Assembly: GCA_973895155.1 (NCBI GenBank)
Contig: OZ316891.1
Span: 30,511,112 to 30,575,111, forward strand
Direction of reading: 5' to 3'
From: Marsupella aquatica
Taxonomy: Eukaryota > Plantae > Marchantiophyta
Length of the DNA: 64,000 nucleotides
Position 1 is the stretch's first letter, and each line of letters begins with the position of its first letter. The notes under the pieces are model-generated. The model saw nothing but the letters and a program-made list of their open reading frames with translations. It did no database searches and was not told the DNA's origin. A program made the position numbers and the translations under genes. Below are positions 1 to 11,880 of the stretch, in pieces.

Positions 1-1385
1 TAAGTATGGAGGTTTCGAAATCATAGCTCAAGAGGGAGCCGGGGACAAAATGAACGTGGTCCTTCGGCTGGGCCTCACCGACTACAAGTAAGAATCAGGG
101 CTTCCATTGCAGTACCTTCAATTGGTTAGACCTTCGGAATTCAAATCAGGTAGAACGCACCTGTTTTATTCTTAAATCCTGTTTGGCTATTACACTTGAG
201 AGACGCTAAATCCTAAACCAAGTGGCACACGTGAACTTGTGAAGGACTTTCATTGGGACGAATTTGAGTCCTGAATGGGAAAAATTTGCGGCGTCGGAAA
301 CAGGTATGTTGGATCTTTCGTTTGAAGAAGAAATATCGTTGTGTGATGAAAGGTCTTCCGAATAACAGCGATTTTGGTTGACTAGATGATGCGGGCAGAT
401 GCAAGTACACAGCAGATCCCCTTGGCAATGGGGCTATAGTAGAAACCACGGATCGTAAAATTTTGATCTTGCAGCGCAGTATGGATGTGGGCGAATTTCC
501 AGGGTACATAGTGTTTCCAGGAGGGCATTCAGAGGTATTGATGTCTACTGCATTTTCAGTAACCAGTGCTCATTTGGCTACTTCACTGCAAATGCATCGA
601 TTAATCCTGCTGACTGATATTGGATTGTGGGGTATATTTTACACAGCCAGAGGAGTTGGGTATCAATTCTCACTCAGTAAGCGAAACGCCCACCACCAGA
701 ACAGAGTTGAACAATAGAATTGCACAGGAAATGTTTGATGGCATCATACGTGAAATTGTCGAAGAAACGGGAGTTCCTCCCACTACCTTAGTTTGTAACC
801 AACCCCATTCCACTGTCTATTATTTGTCACTTGTTCTGATCTGTTGAAACCATCCTCTGCTTATAACAATCAGATTTGGCAGACACCATTGCTTGATTTG
901 GTTTATTCTATGGCAGTCGAGACTCATTCGGAACCAACCGCTTTTATTTCAAATAATCTGACATTCGGAATGGCCTTCAGAGTGATCCCGTCTTCATTGG
1001 GGTATCTCGTCGAAAACAAAATGTTCGGCCGACTGCATTTTTCCACGCGAAATGCTCGCTAACATCTGCAGAGGTGATGGAGGTGTACAGGCACGCTGAG
1101 CACTCCTTTGAGTCAACCGTGCTCCTGAGCTGCTCGCCAGTGAGTGGAAATTAGGACCCTCTTACTATCTTCTGTACATACTTCATCTCGTAGATGGGTT
1201 CCTTCTTTGCCGACTTTTAAAAGCAGTCTTTGAGCTGACAAAACGTAATTTCTCAGTTGACCATTTGGCCGTAGGATGAATTGCTGGAAGCTGCTGGGAC
1301 TAACATGCCGGGTTGTCATCATGGAGGAGCGGTGCTGTACCAAATGATGCGTAAAGAATCGACCGGTTCCTCAACCAGTTATTGA
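1..1385 (+). CDS. NUDT9: Nudix hydrolase 9-like (NUDT9/NUDX9), 5'-truncated, spliced; exons approx <1-87, 245-303, 386-534, 647-790, 981-1139, 1275-1385
   Basis: GT-AG joined exons read YGGF..LRLGLTDYK/TFIGTNLSPEWEKF../PLGNGAIVETTDRKILILQRSMDVGEFPGYIVFPGGHSE/..QEMFDGIIREIVEETG (Nudix box)/FIGVSRRKQNVRP../MPGCHHGGAVLY..TGA. These motifs match plant NUDT9 as I recall it. Confidence 0.9.
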
Positions 1386-3529
1386 TTAGTGAAACATTTC
1401 CGAAGCAAGCTCGTTCTCGTCACCCGACACCAACCAATTTAGCGTGCGTCGTGCACCACGGGGATATGACATGCTTAGCTCTACACCACAGGGGTTGTTA
1501 GTGTCCTTCGCGGATGCCCCACTACCACAATTGTGTAGCATCTCGGACTGGTGTGTGTGAACATCATGCACATGAATGTGGAAGAAATTGTCTGATACAC
1601 ATGAACTTGACGCAAGGGGACTGGAGGTGAAACTACTCCTGAGATTTTTCGCATGGCAGACTTGACCTATTATTTCACTCGTTCATTGCATTCTTAAATG
1701 TCCATCGATCCTCTCCTCGCTTTCGGAGTTTCTTCCTCCTCCGCAGGTCCGCTCGACTAGTCGGCTCGGGCTGGTCGCTACGACGGACGGGGCGGTTCAA
1801 TGAGGTGCAGTGCCTGTTGCGCGGCCGATCGACGCGGAATGGCCACTTCTCTCCTCTCGTCTTTTGTGTGTCGTCCTCTCCTGGATCTCCGCGCGGGGTG
1901 GTGGGTTTTCTTTCGATCCTGCGACCTCCTACACAGGGCAAACCAGTAAAGTTATGTTCTTCTAAATCTTCTGCAGTGGAGGGGAAAGCCGTGTGGTGTT
2001 TTGCTTGTTCTGGTGTGGTGGTGGTGGTGACAAAATTGTGGAGCTTAGCATTGGGGAAGTGGTGTCTTCGGGCTTGTTCATCGGTTCCTTTACTTGAAAA
2101 AGACATGTTCAGGGTGTTCGCGTCATCATGAAGGCAGCCTCAGCTTTGAACTACGAGTTCCATTGGTGTAGTTAACGTAGGAGGAGGAGTTCGGTCGGTT
2201 GTTTGCTTCGTTGTGGGTTTCCCATTAGACAGGCATCGGGACGCTACCATAGCCGCGGTGAAGAATGTGCCCGACTTCTTTCTCCGGAGACGAGTAAGAA
2301 ATGAACGTCATGGACACGAGCGAGCAAGGTTTGGCTTTTGCAAGCTTGGAGAGTAGAGGAGAGACGGGAGTATTTGTGGTAAGCGGAATGCACAGAGGCC
2401 CTGTTTTGGTGCGTTGAGTTTGTAACAGCAACGGGGCTTTGCGTTGTGGCTATGAATTTTTGATGGTGTAAACGTCCTTCCTTCCATCCAAGTACTTATT
2501 CTTGATGTGAAATGTCCGTCCACCCCAGTCCTCCGTGAACGAGTGACGGTGTAGCTTCGTATAGGCCCTGAATCCCAGAGTCACACGGCAGGTGTACATG
2601 GTGAAGGTTCTAAATAAATTTCCACGCATCGAATTCAGATTACACTCAGCTTTTTCTGGCAACTAAGTTAAACGAAGATTATTATGAATTTCTCAAGTCG
2701 AAGGAGGTACTGTCGAACGGTCAAGATCAATTGACAAGGTTCCGCTTAAAACTTGTGTGCTGGATTATTAGTAAACGCCGTTCAGTCTGGATTGATAGAT
2801 CCACTCCGATCATACTGTAGTGGCCGGGTAGCAGCCTGAAATACTAAGGACTGATGAAATAGTAGTAGCAACTGCAACTAGAGGTGGACTGTGACCAACC
2901 AGCCAATCGGAGCCAACGACAGAACCTGCTACAGGAAACTGTCACAGAGCGCAGTACCCTCTGCAGATATCTCCACCTTCAACGAAAGACCCAACTATTC
3001 CGCAGCACTCCGCTTTACAAGTGGCCAATGTGCCATCAAAGGTAAACAAAGTACAGCAGGATGGCGGGCTCCTACATTGAAATGAGAGCATGACACTGAG
3101 GCTGACCCCGAGAATATTGGTCTCAGACAATGAACAGAAGCCGTCTTTAGGCACGCAACACGGTTCTGGCACTGCAACTCTTTCCAGTGGTTCCAAACGA
3201 AAAAAGTCGGCCGAGCAGAAACCACTCAGACTGATCAGCACCTGTAGTTGAGTCTGCAGCGTAAAATGGTGGCGAGAAACAGGAAAAGGCTTGATTTTGC
3301 TTGCCTCATCTGTGATTGACCAGCCAGAGCCAGCAAACACCGATGCTATTGTGTGTACCTCCATCCCCTTGTTTGTGTGAAGTTCACGAGACATTGACAC
3401 CAGTTCACAGAGTTGCACACTGGAAGCAACTACAGTTCCACTTCCTGCAACTTATAGCTGAAGCTTAGCTTCTAGGTGAACAGGGCAGCCGAATCTTCAC
3501 CACCACGTCTCACTAGATGGCTCGGCGCC

Positions 3530-4985
3530 AGGACGACTTCGTCGTGGGAGCCATCTTGAATGTGGGAACCTGTACTGACGGAATAGGGCACGAGATTTGA
3601 GCTGAGTTGAACATCGAAACGAATCATAATTGATAGGTCCAAACTTCTCCAACTGCAGTACATTGTGTATTGTATTTTCTTTCTTTGCTTCAAGCAGCCC
3701 AACCTAGAGCAGGACACGCAATCAGGTGGCTCCATCCCCGGCCAGGACCTTGGTCGTAGAACCCACATGCGAATGACTGTTGATTTGGAATAGAAAGGGC
3801 AAGTAGGCTGGGCTGGGCTGCTGGGCAGGGCAAGGTAGAGCAGGGCGGTGGGAAGTCTGGGCATGTCACAGCCTGACCACTTTCCCACTAAGCAGAGTCA
3901 CTAGTGGGAGGAAAGTGGTCCCTCGAGAAGATCTGGGAATTGGTAACCTTTCGTGAAGAACTGAAGTACCTCTTCAAAACTGGACAGTGAAATGATTCAT
4001 GATCCGGAGGTCCAAATCTCTCGAACCACAGTATGCGTTGCATATTTCTTTCTTCTTTAAAAACAGTCCAACCTGGAGCTCTACACCAGTGATCAGGTGG
4101 CTCAAGGACACTCTTTAAAAACAGTCCAACCTGAAGCTACACCAGTGATCAGGTGGCTCAAGGACAGTACCTCGGTCATGACAGCCACCTGGGATTGACT
4201 AATGATGATTTAGAATAGAAAAGGCAAGTGGGCTAGGCAGGGCTGGGTTGCGAGGCACATCTCGTCATAGTAGCCATCTAGAAAGTGCGAACCAATGCTG
4301 AGGAACCAATGCTGAGGACGATTTGCACGAGGGCTGAGATTGGGCTGAGCTAAGAGAAATCACGGAAACTGGACATTGAAATGATTTCTAGTTAATCACA
4401 GGTCAAGGTTTCTCCAATCACAGTACGTATTGATTTCCTTCTTTCTTTTAAAGAGCCCAACCTGGGGCAACACAGACCATCCTCACGTGGATCAGTCCCG
4501 GCCAGGGTCCTTGGTCATAGCATTCTTATTAGCACCGCCTGAGAAAGATCATAGATTGCGAAGACAAAGGGCAAGTGGGCTGAGCTAGGCTGCGCTGAAC
4601 CTGAGTTGAGTCACAGAATTCTCGTCATACGAGCCCTCTGGAGCGTGCGAGGACTCGCTCGGTGAAGAACGATGGCACGAGGGCTGAGCTGAGAGACATC
4701 ATACAGATTGGATATTGATATGATTCGGAAGCCACATGTTCAAACTTCTCCACTTGGGTGTTGCAGTGATTCGTGAGCCACTGGTTCAGAGTTCAGATTT
4801 CTCGAAGACTCGAACCACACTGTACGTATTGCAGTTTCCTCACACTCATAGGACCCACCTACAAATGATTGCCGGAGTGGAACAGAAATTGCAAGTGGGA
4901 TGGACAGGGCAGGACTGGGCTAGGCTAAAGCTAGGCTAGGCTTACCCGAGCTGGGCTGGGCTGAGCTGGGCTGGGCAGGGCTGGG
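3530..4985. repeat. About four degenerate tandem copies of a ~360 bp unit, each ending in (GGGCT)n-like pentamers
   Basis: Recurring blocks: tcgtcrt..agcc.tct (3538, 4261, 4621), cacgag..tgag (3589, 4327, 4677), gcaagtrgg..ggctggg (3797, 4222, 4569, 4890). There is also an internal ~55 bp duplication at about 4056-4166. Confidence 0.7.
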
Positions 4986-5564
4986 CACCACCTGATTGAT
5001 AGAGTGAGATAAATACTTGATGGACCTTTAAATTGAAAACTGCTACTTGAGGGAACCCATGAGATTTTGGCCACAGATTTAAGGTCCTTCAAGGGTCTGG
5101 ATCACTAATGGGGCCCACCAAATAACATATTTCGTAGTGGGGGTCTATCAAGTATATCTCTTTTGATAGAATTGACAGGCACACTCTCCAACCTTAGTAT
5201 GAATTGTAGTGATATTTGCTTGATGGACCCCAAGAACAAAAAGTATTACTTGACAAAGACCCCGAGGTTTTGGGTACATTGATTGAGATAGATCAAGGTC
5301 TATCAACGGTCTGGATCACTCAAGGTTCCCATCAAGTGAAATTTCATTTTGGGGGTCCATCCAGTGTATACCTCCAAATTTGCAACCCCGCCCATGGAGA
5401 CAAAAATGTAGGGACTATTGGGAAAAACATTGAGCCCGGTGAGGCACACAGGCACACATCTGCAATTTTGACGGGGAATTTGGTTCCCCACCCATCCTGG
5501 CTTCCATGCTCACCAAAACAGCCAGCCAAGGTTCAAACCAGCAGAAAAGCTAAAGCATTATGTG

Positions 5565-5908
5565 TGTTGAGCATAGACGACATTCGCAACGGCAAGCCCA
5601 TGAACCATCCAACGCACAGGAGTCGACACAGAGAGATATGTGGTTCACCTCCACATGAGGCTACGTCCACGGGAACACACAAGAGCTTTACTGCACTCTA
5701 GGCCGACCGGCCATACCAAGCATCCACAGCACAAGCTCTTCCTATCTCTCAACTAGCTCCGTAACAATGAGCCTAAGTTCCACCAGGGTCTGGCATCAGC
5801 CCTGGCTATATGCACAATAGCACTACCGCTAACATTAGCTAAGTCCTAACCCGAGTTAGCCTAACTGTAGTTAGCTCATGAGTCACAAGACTAGAGCAAT
5901 ATCTAACA
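5565..5908 (-). repeat. 3' LTR of copia element
   Basis: tgttgagcatag...atctaaca. By eye it differs from 11014-11357 at two positions, both transitions. Confidence 0.96.
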
Positions 5909-6115
5909 AACTCCCCCTTGACTCTTGTCTTGGGGACTAGACTAAATGCTACCATATGGAATCCTCAGCGGGAAGTTCTAGACAATCACCAAACCAGGTC
6001 TCCCCCTAAAAACCACAAGGGTTAACTAAGGGTTAACTAGAACTAAGCCGTAGCCTAACAGGAATGAGTAATCCATATACAAATAGTCACACATTGCTAA
6101 ATAACTCTACTTGCA

Positions 6116-9100
6116 CTACAACTGCAAAACCTGCAAAGTAGCACGGTGTCTTGAGAAACTCTCCAAAGGAATCACTTTGGTAAAAGCATCAGCGGGATTG
6201 AGCTTTCCATCAATCTTGACTAGCTCAAAAGTTTTATCAGACACTGCTTGCCTGATAAAATGGTACCTGATATCAATGTGCTTCACCCTGCTATCCATCA
6301 CCTGGTTAGCAGCCAAGTGAAGAGCACTCTGACTATCACAGTTTAGAGTCATTTTTCCATGCTCTAAACCCATCTCCGCAATCAACTTATCCAACTAAAT
6401 TGCTTCCTTTGCAGCTTCTGCTGCTGCAACATACTCTGCTTCTGTAGTAGACTGAGATATGCACTTCTGCAAGGTAGATTTCCAACTGATACATCCTCCT
6501 CCAAGAGTGTATACAAACCCAGTTGTAGATCTCCTTGTATCCAGACAGCCTCCATAGTCAGAATCTACATAGCCAACTAACGTTCTATTTGATCTGTTAT
6601 CAAATAGTAATCCATAGTCCTGTGTTCGCTTCACATACCTGAGAATCCATTTCACAGCTTCCCAATGTACCTTCCCTGGATTTGACATGAATCTGCTAAC
6701 CTTGCCCATCGCTAGGGCTAAGTCAGGCCTAGTACAAGTCATCAAATACATCAGACTGCCTACTGCCTTCTCATAAGGAATCTTAGCCATCAAACCTTTC
6801 TCCACAGCATCCGTAGGAGAGAAAGCCGATGATAACTTAAAATGTGAAGCTAAAGGAATACTCACTGGCTTACAGTTCTCCATGTTGAATCGTGCAAGTA
6901 CTTTCCTCGCATATTGGCCTTGACTCAAGCACAACTGTCCAGTATCAGAGTTCCTAAAAATCTCCATCCCTAAGATCCTCTTGGCCTTACCAAGATCCTT
7001 CATCCTGAATTCAACACTCAATTTCGCCTTGAGACTGTCAACCTCAGATTGATCTTTAGCCACAATCAGCATGTCATCCACATAGATCACCAGAATGATG
7101 AAACCAAATACATCATTCTTGACTGATTTCGTATACACACAAGGATCATACACCATCCTTGTAAAACCTTGAGCAAGCATGAAATCATCAAACCGCTTGT
7201 TCCACTGTCTGGGAGACTGCTTCAATCCATACAAGGATTTGAGCAATCTGCAAACTAAGTTCTCTTGGCCCTTCTTCATAAAGCCTAGTGGCTGTGTCAT
7301 GAAGATCATCTCTTCCAAGTTGCCATAGAGAAAAGCAGTAACAACATCCATCTGATCCATCACCAGATTAAAAAACACAACAAGCTGACACAAGATCCGA
7401 ATTGTGGAATACTTAGCCACCGGTGAAAAGACCTCATTGTAATCGACTCCTTTCTCCTGAGTAAACCCCTTGGCAACAAGCCTTGCCTTGTAGATCTTAT
7501 CTCCATCCTCTGAAGGACTGTCCTTCAACTTGTAAATCCACTTACTGTCCACCACTTGCTGACCTCTTGGAAGCTCCACCAGCTCCCATGTCTTGTTGTC
7601 ACTCAAAGATTGCAACTCCCTCTGCATTGCTGCATTCCACTCATGCTTCTGCTCTGAAGCACAAGCCTCACTATACGAAGAAGGCTCTCCTTCTTCCAAG
7701 ATCAAAGCCATATCATCTTCATCAGGTGCAATGTCAATATCATCTAGCTTAGATGAGTCTGCCCATTGACCATACTTAGTAGGAGCTCTAGTAGAACGAC
7801 TGGAAGTTCTTCTAGTAGATGACTCAGGCTGATCTGTTGTTGCTACTGGTTGAATTTGAGGTACCCCAACAACAATTTGCTCCTCTTGTTCCATCACAGG
7901 AACCAGCTCCAAGCTCGGAGCTTCTCCATCTTTCCTGTCATGAACTGCATCATGACTAATCTCCCCCTCAACCCGGTCCGGGATGGGAGATTTCCCCTTG
8001 TCAGTATGGGAGTCCTGAGAACTCTCCCCCTCCTTTGATGATTTGGATTCATTAAAGGACACATCTCTACTGACAATTAGCTTACAGGTTACTGGATCCC
8101 ATAACCTATAACCCTTCACACCTTTCTGATAGCCAAGGAAAATGCACTTCTTCGACTTGGACTCCAGCTTGGATCGAAGCTAGGAAGGTGTAAGCACATA
8201 AGCATCACATCCAAAAATCCTCAGATGTGAATAATCTGCTGGACGCCCGTACCTCATTTCATATGGCGTCTTGAATCCAATAGAACTGGATGGAGAAAAA
8301 TTTACCAAATAAGCTGCAGTGTTAACAGCTTCAGCCCAAAACTCATGTGGTAAGCATGATTGACTCAACATACTCCTCGAGCGGTCCAATAGTGTTCGGT
8401 TGAGTCTCTCAGAAACACCATTCTGCTGAGGAGTATAACTTGTTGTGAGATGGCGGGTAATCCCTTGCTCCTTACAATACGTTCCAAATTCCCCGGAACT
8501 GTATTCACCGCCGTTATCCGATCGAAGATATCTCACCTTATTACCAGTCTGATTCTCAACCTGGGCTTTCCACTCCTTAAAAATGGCAAAAACATCAGAC
8601 TTATTGTGTAGAAAGTATATCCACACATACCTTGAGTAATCGTCTATAAACGTGACATAGTATAACCGTCCAAAATGTGAGGGAGTAGGGGCTGGACCCC
8701 ACACATCACTATGTACATACTCAAGTACCTCCTTGCTGGTGTGAGTTCCAACTCCAAAGGGTTTCCTGTGCTGCTTCCCTAGCACACAGTGCTCACAAAA
8801 TTCTAACTTACAAGACTGCAAATTAGAAAGTAAACCTTTCTTCTGAAGAATAACCAAACCTTTTTCACTCATGTGGCCCAAACGGAAGTGCCACAGCCGG
8901 GCCGTCTCCTCATGAGATAAGGTTGCATTGGCTTCATCACTGACTACACTGCCCTCCAAAACGTATAGATTGCAATGTCTCTTTCCCTTCAATACAACTT
9001 TAGTACCAGTTGAAACCTGAAGGACACCATTAGCAAAACTCCACTGATGGCCATTTGCTTCTAAAACTCCAAGTGAAATGAGATTTTTCATCATGCTGGG

Positions 9101-9334
9101 AATATGTCTTACATTCCTCAACGTTCTCACAGCACCATCAAACATCTGAAATCTTACAGATCCAAGTCCAACAACTTGACATGGGATTCCATTTCCCATC
9201 AACACTGACCCGTTGGAAACCGTGTAAGAACAAAAAAAATCTCTCCTAGAGCAAATATGAAAAGTACATGCACTATCTAGAATCCAGTCATCACTACCTG
9301 GATTTGACACTACGTTGAGAGCATAACCTTGACA
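6116..9334 (-). pseudogene. pol: copia Pol (protease-integrase-RT-RNaseH), single frame with two premature TAG stops (8180-8182, 6395-6397)
   Basis: WILDSAC (PR); WHFRLGH..CEHC, HSDVWG, RSDNGGEY, NGVSER (INT); YKARLVAKG, QMDVVTAFL, LYGLKQ, IYVDDML (RT); YVDSDY, EAEY, CDSQSA, NPADAFTK (RH). The three listed ORFs are in the same frame across the stops. Confidence 0.93.
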
Positions 9335-10390
9335 TCACAATATGTCATCATCATCGAGTAAATCTACCTCATGCAAGCTCGATGCCGCGTTAGCAGAGGC
9401 AGTAGGGACCTTTACTCGACAATCCCTTTTCATGTGGCCAGGCTTGCCACAATTCCAACATGCAAGAGGCTTCCTCTCTTGCGATTTCCCTCTGGATTTA
9501 GATCTCCCCCGTGATGTAGATCTAAACCTGTTCTGTCCATTCGTGCGCTGCGCTGCTCTTCCCCTGTTCACATTGAGCGCAGTGCCAAAAGAAGATGTTG
9601 TCTGTGATTGACCCAGCTTCTTCTGAGCATCATCAGACAGTAATGAGCTCACCACCTCATTATACAAAATGGACTTCAGATCTCTATACAAGAGCACCTG
9701 TTTCAAGCCCTGATATGACGGCGGTAAGGAGCTTAGTAGAAGCAAGGCCTTATCCTCATCTTCAACTCCTTTTCCCAGGTTTGACAGATCCACCGCTAGA
9801 CTGTCAAATTCATCCAGGTGATCCTGCATCTTGCTCCCTTCCTTGAGCCTGAGGCTCATCAAGAGAGACTTCTTGTATAGCCGGTCTGACGCATCTTCCC
9901 GGTAATACTTCTCTCTTAGAGCCTTGAACAGTGATGCGCAATCCGCATAATCATTCAGCTGTTTGATGATGTGCGGCTTCAAATAAAGCATCACTGCATT
10001 AACAGCAATCACTTGCTCCTGTCTCCATTGCTTTTCTGAGATCTCCTCCTCTCCATCATACTGCTCTCGCGAAGAGAGCAGATGAGCTAAGCCCATGGCC
10101 CGAAGAACACCCTTCACTTGCTTCTCCCATAGCAAGTAATTAGTACGACCATCGTACTTCTCCACCTCAAACTTTACTCCTCCGAATCTAGCCATCTCCC
10201 TCTTCTTCCCAACTACCAACAGCTCTGGTAGTAGTACAGCTTCCTCCACTGCACGCCGCACCGGTGATCGTACCGGTGTTACTTGTTCCTCCTCAAATGG
10301 TAGCAGCTCCTCCTCAGACTCTCCGTCTGACCTTCGTGATCCTGAAGCTCCACCGACGCCAATTCTTCCAGTATCCTCTGAGTCACTCAT
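9335..10390 (-). CDS. gag: copia Gag (zinc knuckle)
   Basis: KFEVEKYDGRTNYLLWEKQVKGVL, LLLLSSLPPSY, and a CX2CX4HX4C knuckle CWNCGKPGHMKRDC. Ends at a TGA that is in frame with pol. Confidence 0.92.
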   Translation of the reverse strand: MSDSEDTGRIGVGGASGSRRSDGESEEELLPFEEEQVTPVRSPVRRAVEEAVLLPELLVVGKKREMARFGGVKFEVEKYDGRTNYLLWEKQVKGVLRAMGLAHLLSSREQYDGEEEISEKQWRQEQVIAVNAVMLYLKPHIIKQLNDYADCASLFKALREKYYREDASDRLYKKSLLMSLRLKEGSKMQDHLDEFDSLAVDLSNLGKGVEDEDKALLLLSSLPPSYQGLKQVLLYRDLKSILYNEVVSSLLSDDAQKKLGQSQTTSSFGTALNVNRGRAAQRTNGQNRFRSTSRGRSKSRGKSQERKPLACWNCGKPGHMKRDCRVKVPTASANAASSLHEVDLLDDDDIL

Positions 10391-11013
10391 ATGAAACAAT
10401 CACGAAAAATCATCTTTTTTCGAAACTTCTCATAAAACTCAAAACTCAACACCGCCACGTAGCCCACAAAGCTAGGAGTCCAATACTGAAAGCCGAAATC
10501 AAAATCAAAATTCGACGGAAAAGTTATTCAAATTTCGGTCGGGGTGGGTAAAACCTTGGGAAACTCCCCCGTTTTGACCACCTCGGAGAATAACGGAAAT
10601 ACCAAGTACAACCCGTCGTCGGAATTGCGATGTGATCGGTGCGCCGCGTTGCTAACTCCAGTGGCAACGTCCTCACCGAAAAAGAACCAAAAAAGTTACC
10701 GTTCGGCGGACGGAATCTTTGTCGGACGGCCAAAAAACAGCTCTCTGTTTTTCGGGAATATTCCCGCATAGTCCGACAGGTCTCACAGGGGGCCGTTCCC
10801 CCTGTTGGAGCGGTTAAAACGGAGGGTCACCGGTCCCGGGACAGTCAATAGAAGAGCCGGCCAGAAAAAGACAAAAAATGGCCCTAAAGGGGTGCAAAGT
10901 GCCCTAAATCCTAAAAATACAGGTATAACCAAAGGCGCATCCGCGTTGTATAGGCGACGCGAGGCGGGCCAGGTAGGGTATAGGGAGGGCGTATGGCCGG
11001 GCCGAGTACCACT

Positions 11014-11357
11014 TGTTGAGCATAGACGACATTCGCAACGGCAAGCCCATGAACCATCCAACGCACAGGAGTCGACACAGAGAGATACGTGGTTCACCTC
11101 CACATGAGGCTACGTCCACGGGAACACACAAGAGCTTTACTGCACTCTAGGCCGACCGGCCATACCAAGCATCCACAGCACAAGCTCTTCCTATCTCTCA
11201 ACTAGCTCCGTAACAATGAGCCTAAGTTCCACCAGGGTCTGGCATCAGCCCTGGCTATATGCACAATAGCACTACCGCTAACATTAGCTAAGTCCTAACC
11301 CGAGCTAGCCTAACTGTAGTTAGCTCATGAGTCACAAGACTAGAGCAATATCTAACA
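11014..11357 (-). repeat. 5' LTR of copia element
   Basis: Direct repeat of 5565-5908. On the minus strand it is followed by AG-TGGTACTCGGCC (PBS). Confidence 0.96.
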
Positions 11358-11634
11358 ATGTGCACTCACCAGAGCAACTGCAGAGATGTTTGAATGAAAG
11401 GAAGACTGAGGGCTGATTGTAGTCTGTGATTGATCTTGGCGGGATTTGTCCAACTAGCTTGTGAAACACAGCACTGCTGACCTTGGGAGGAAGAACTGTT
11501 GGGCTGCAAAATTGGGGACTCAAATGAACTTGTAGTCTGGTCTTGCTACATTTTGTCCCAGCTGGGCCCAATAGTGGACCAGTGGGAGTGTCCTTACAGT
11601 AATCTTACACAACAGGTCCCACCTTAGTGTCAAC

Positions 11635-11880
11635 TCCTTCTCCATAAGTGCAGGCATACTCTTGATGGGGTTCTAAACTGAAAAGTGTGGCTTGATAGGG
11701 GTACAAGTTTTGAAATTATCGGGAGGATGTCAAACCAGTCTATTTGAGAATATTCAAAATTTGTGAGTTACAAAGAAAACACTCTCCTCAATTGAACATC
11801 AATTACTCTTGCACCCCCATCACGCTACACTTTTCAGTTCTACACCCCATTAAGCAATTTGCCTTATACTGGTTGAGAGG
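11635..11880. repeat. Degenerate fold-back / MITE-like inverted repeat
   Basis: cttgatggggttctaaactgaaaagtgtggcttgataggggtacaag (~11660) is the imperfect reverse complement of cttgcacccccatcacgctacacttttcagttctacaccccattaag (~11808). Confidence 0.55.

Larger units (their letters stand above)
5565..11357 (-). mobile_element. Full-length Ty1-copia LTR retrotransposon (Tnt1/Tork-like)
   Basis: Two 344 bp LTRs (TG...CA), 5 bp TSD ATGTG (5560-5564, 11358-11362), PBS starting TGG next to the 5' LTR, PPT (AGGGGGAGTT on minus) next to the 3' LTR, and gag-PR-INT-RT-RH domain order. Confidence 0.97.

Noticed and set aside
1675-2660. ORFs and TE-like composition downstream of the Nudix gene
   Set aside because: No recognisable protein motif, termini or TSD.
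2891-3418. 158 aa and overlapping ORFs
   Set aside because: No domain or convincing splice structure.
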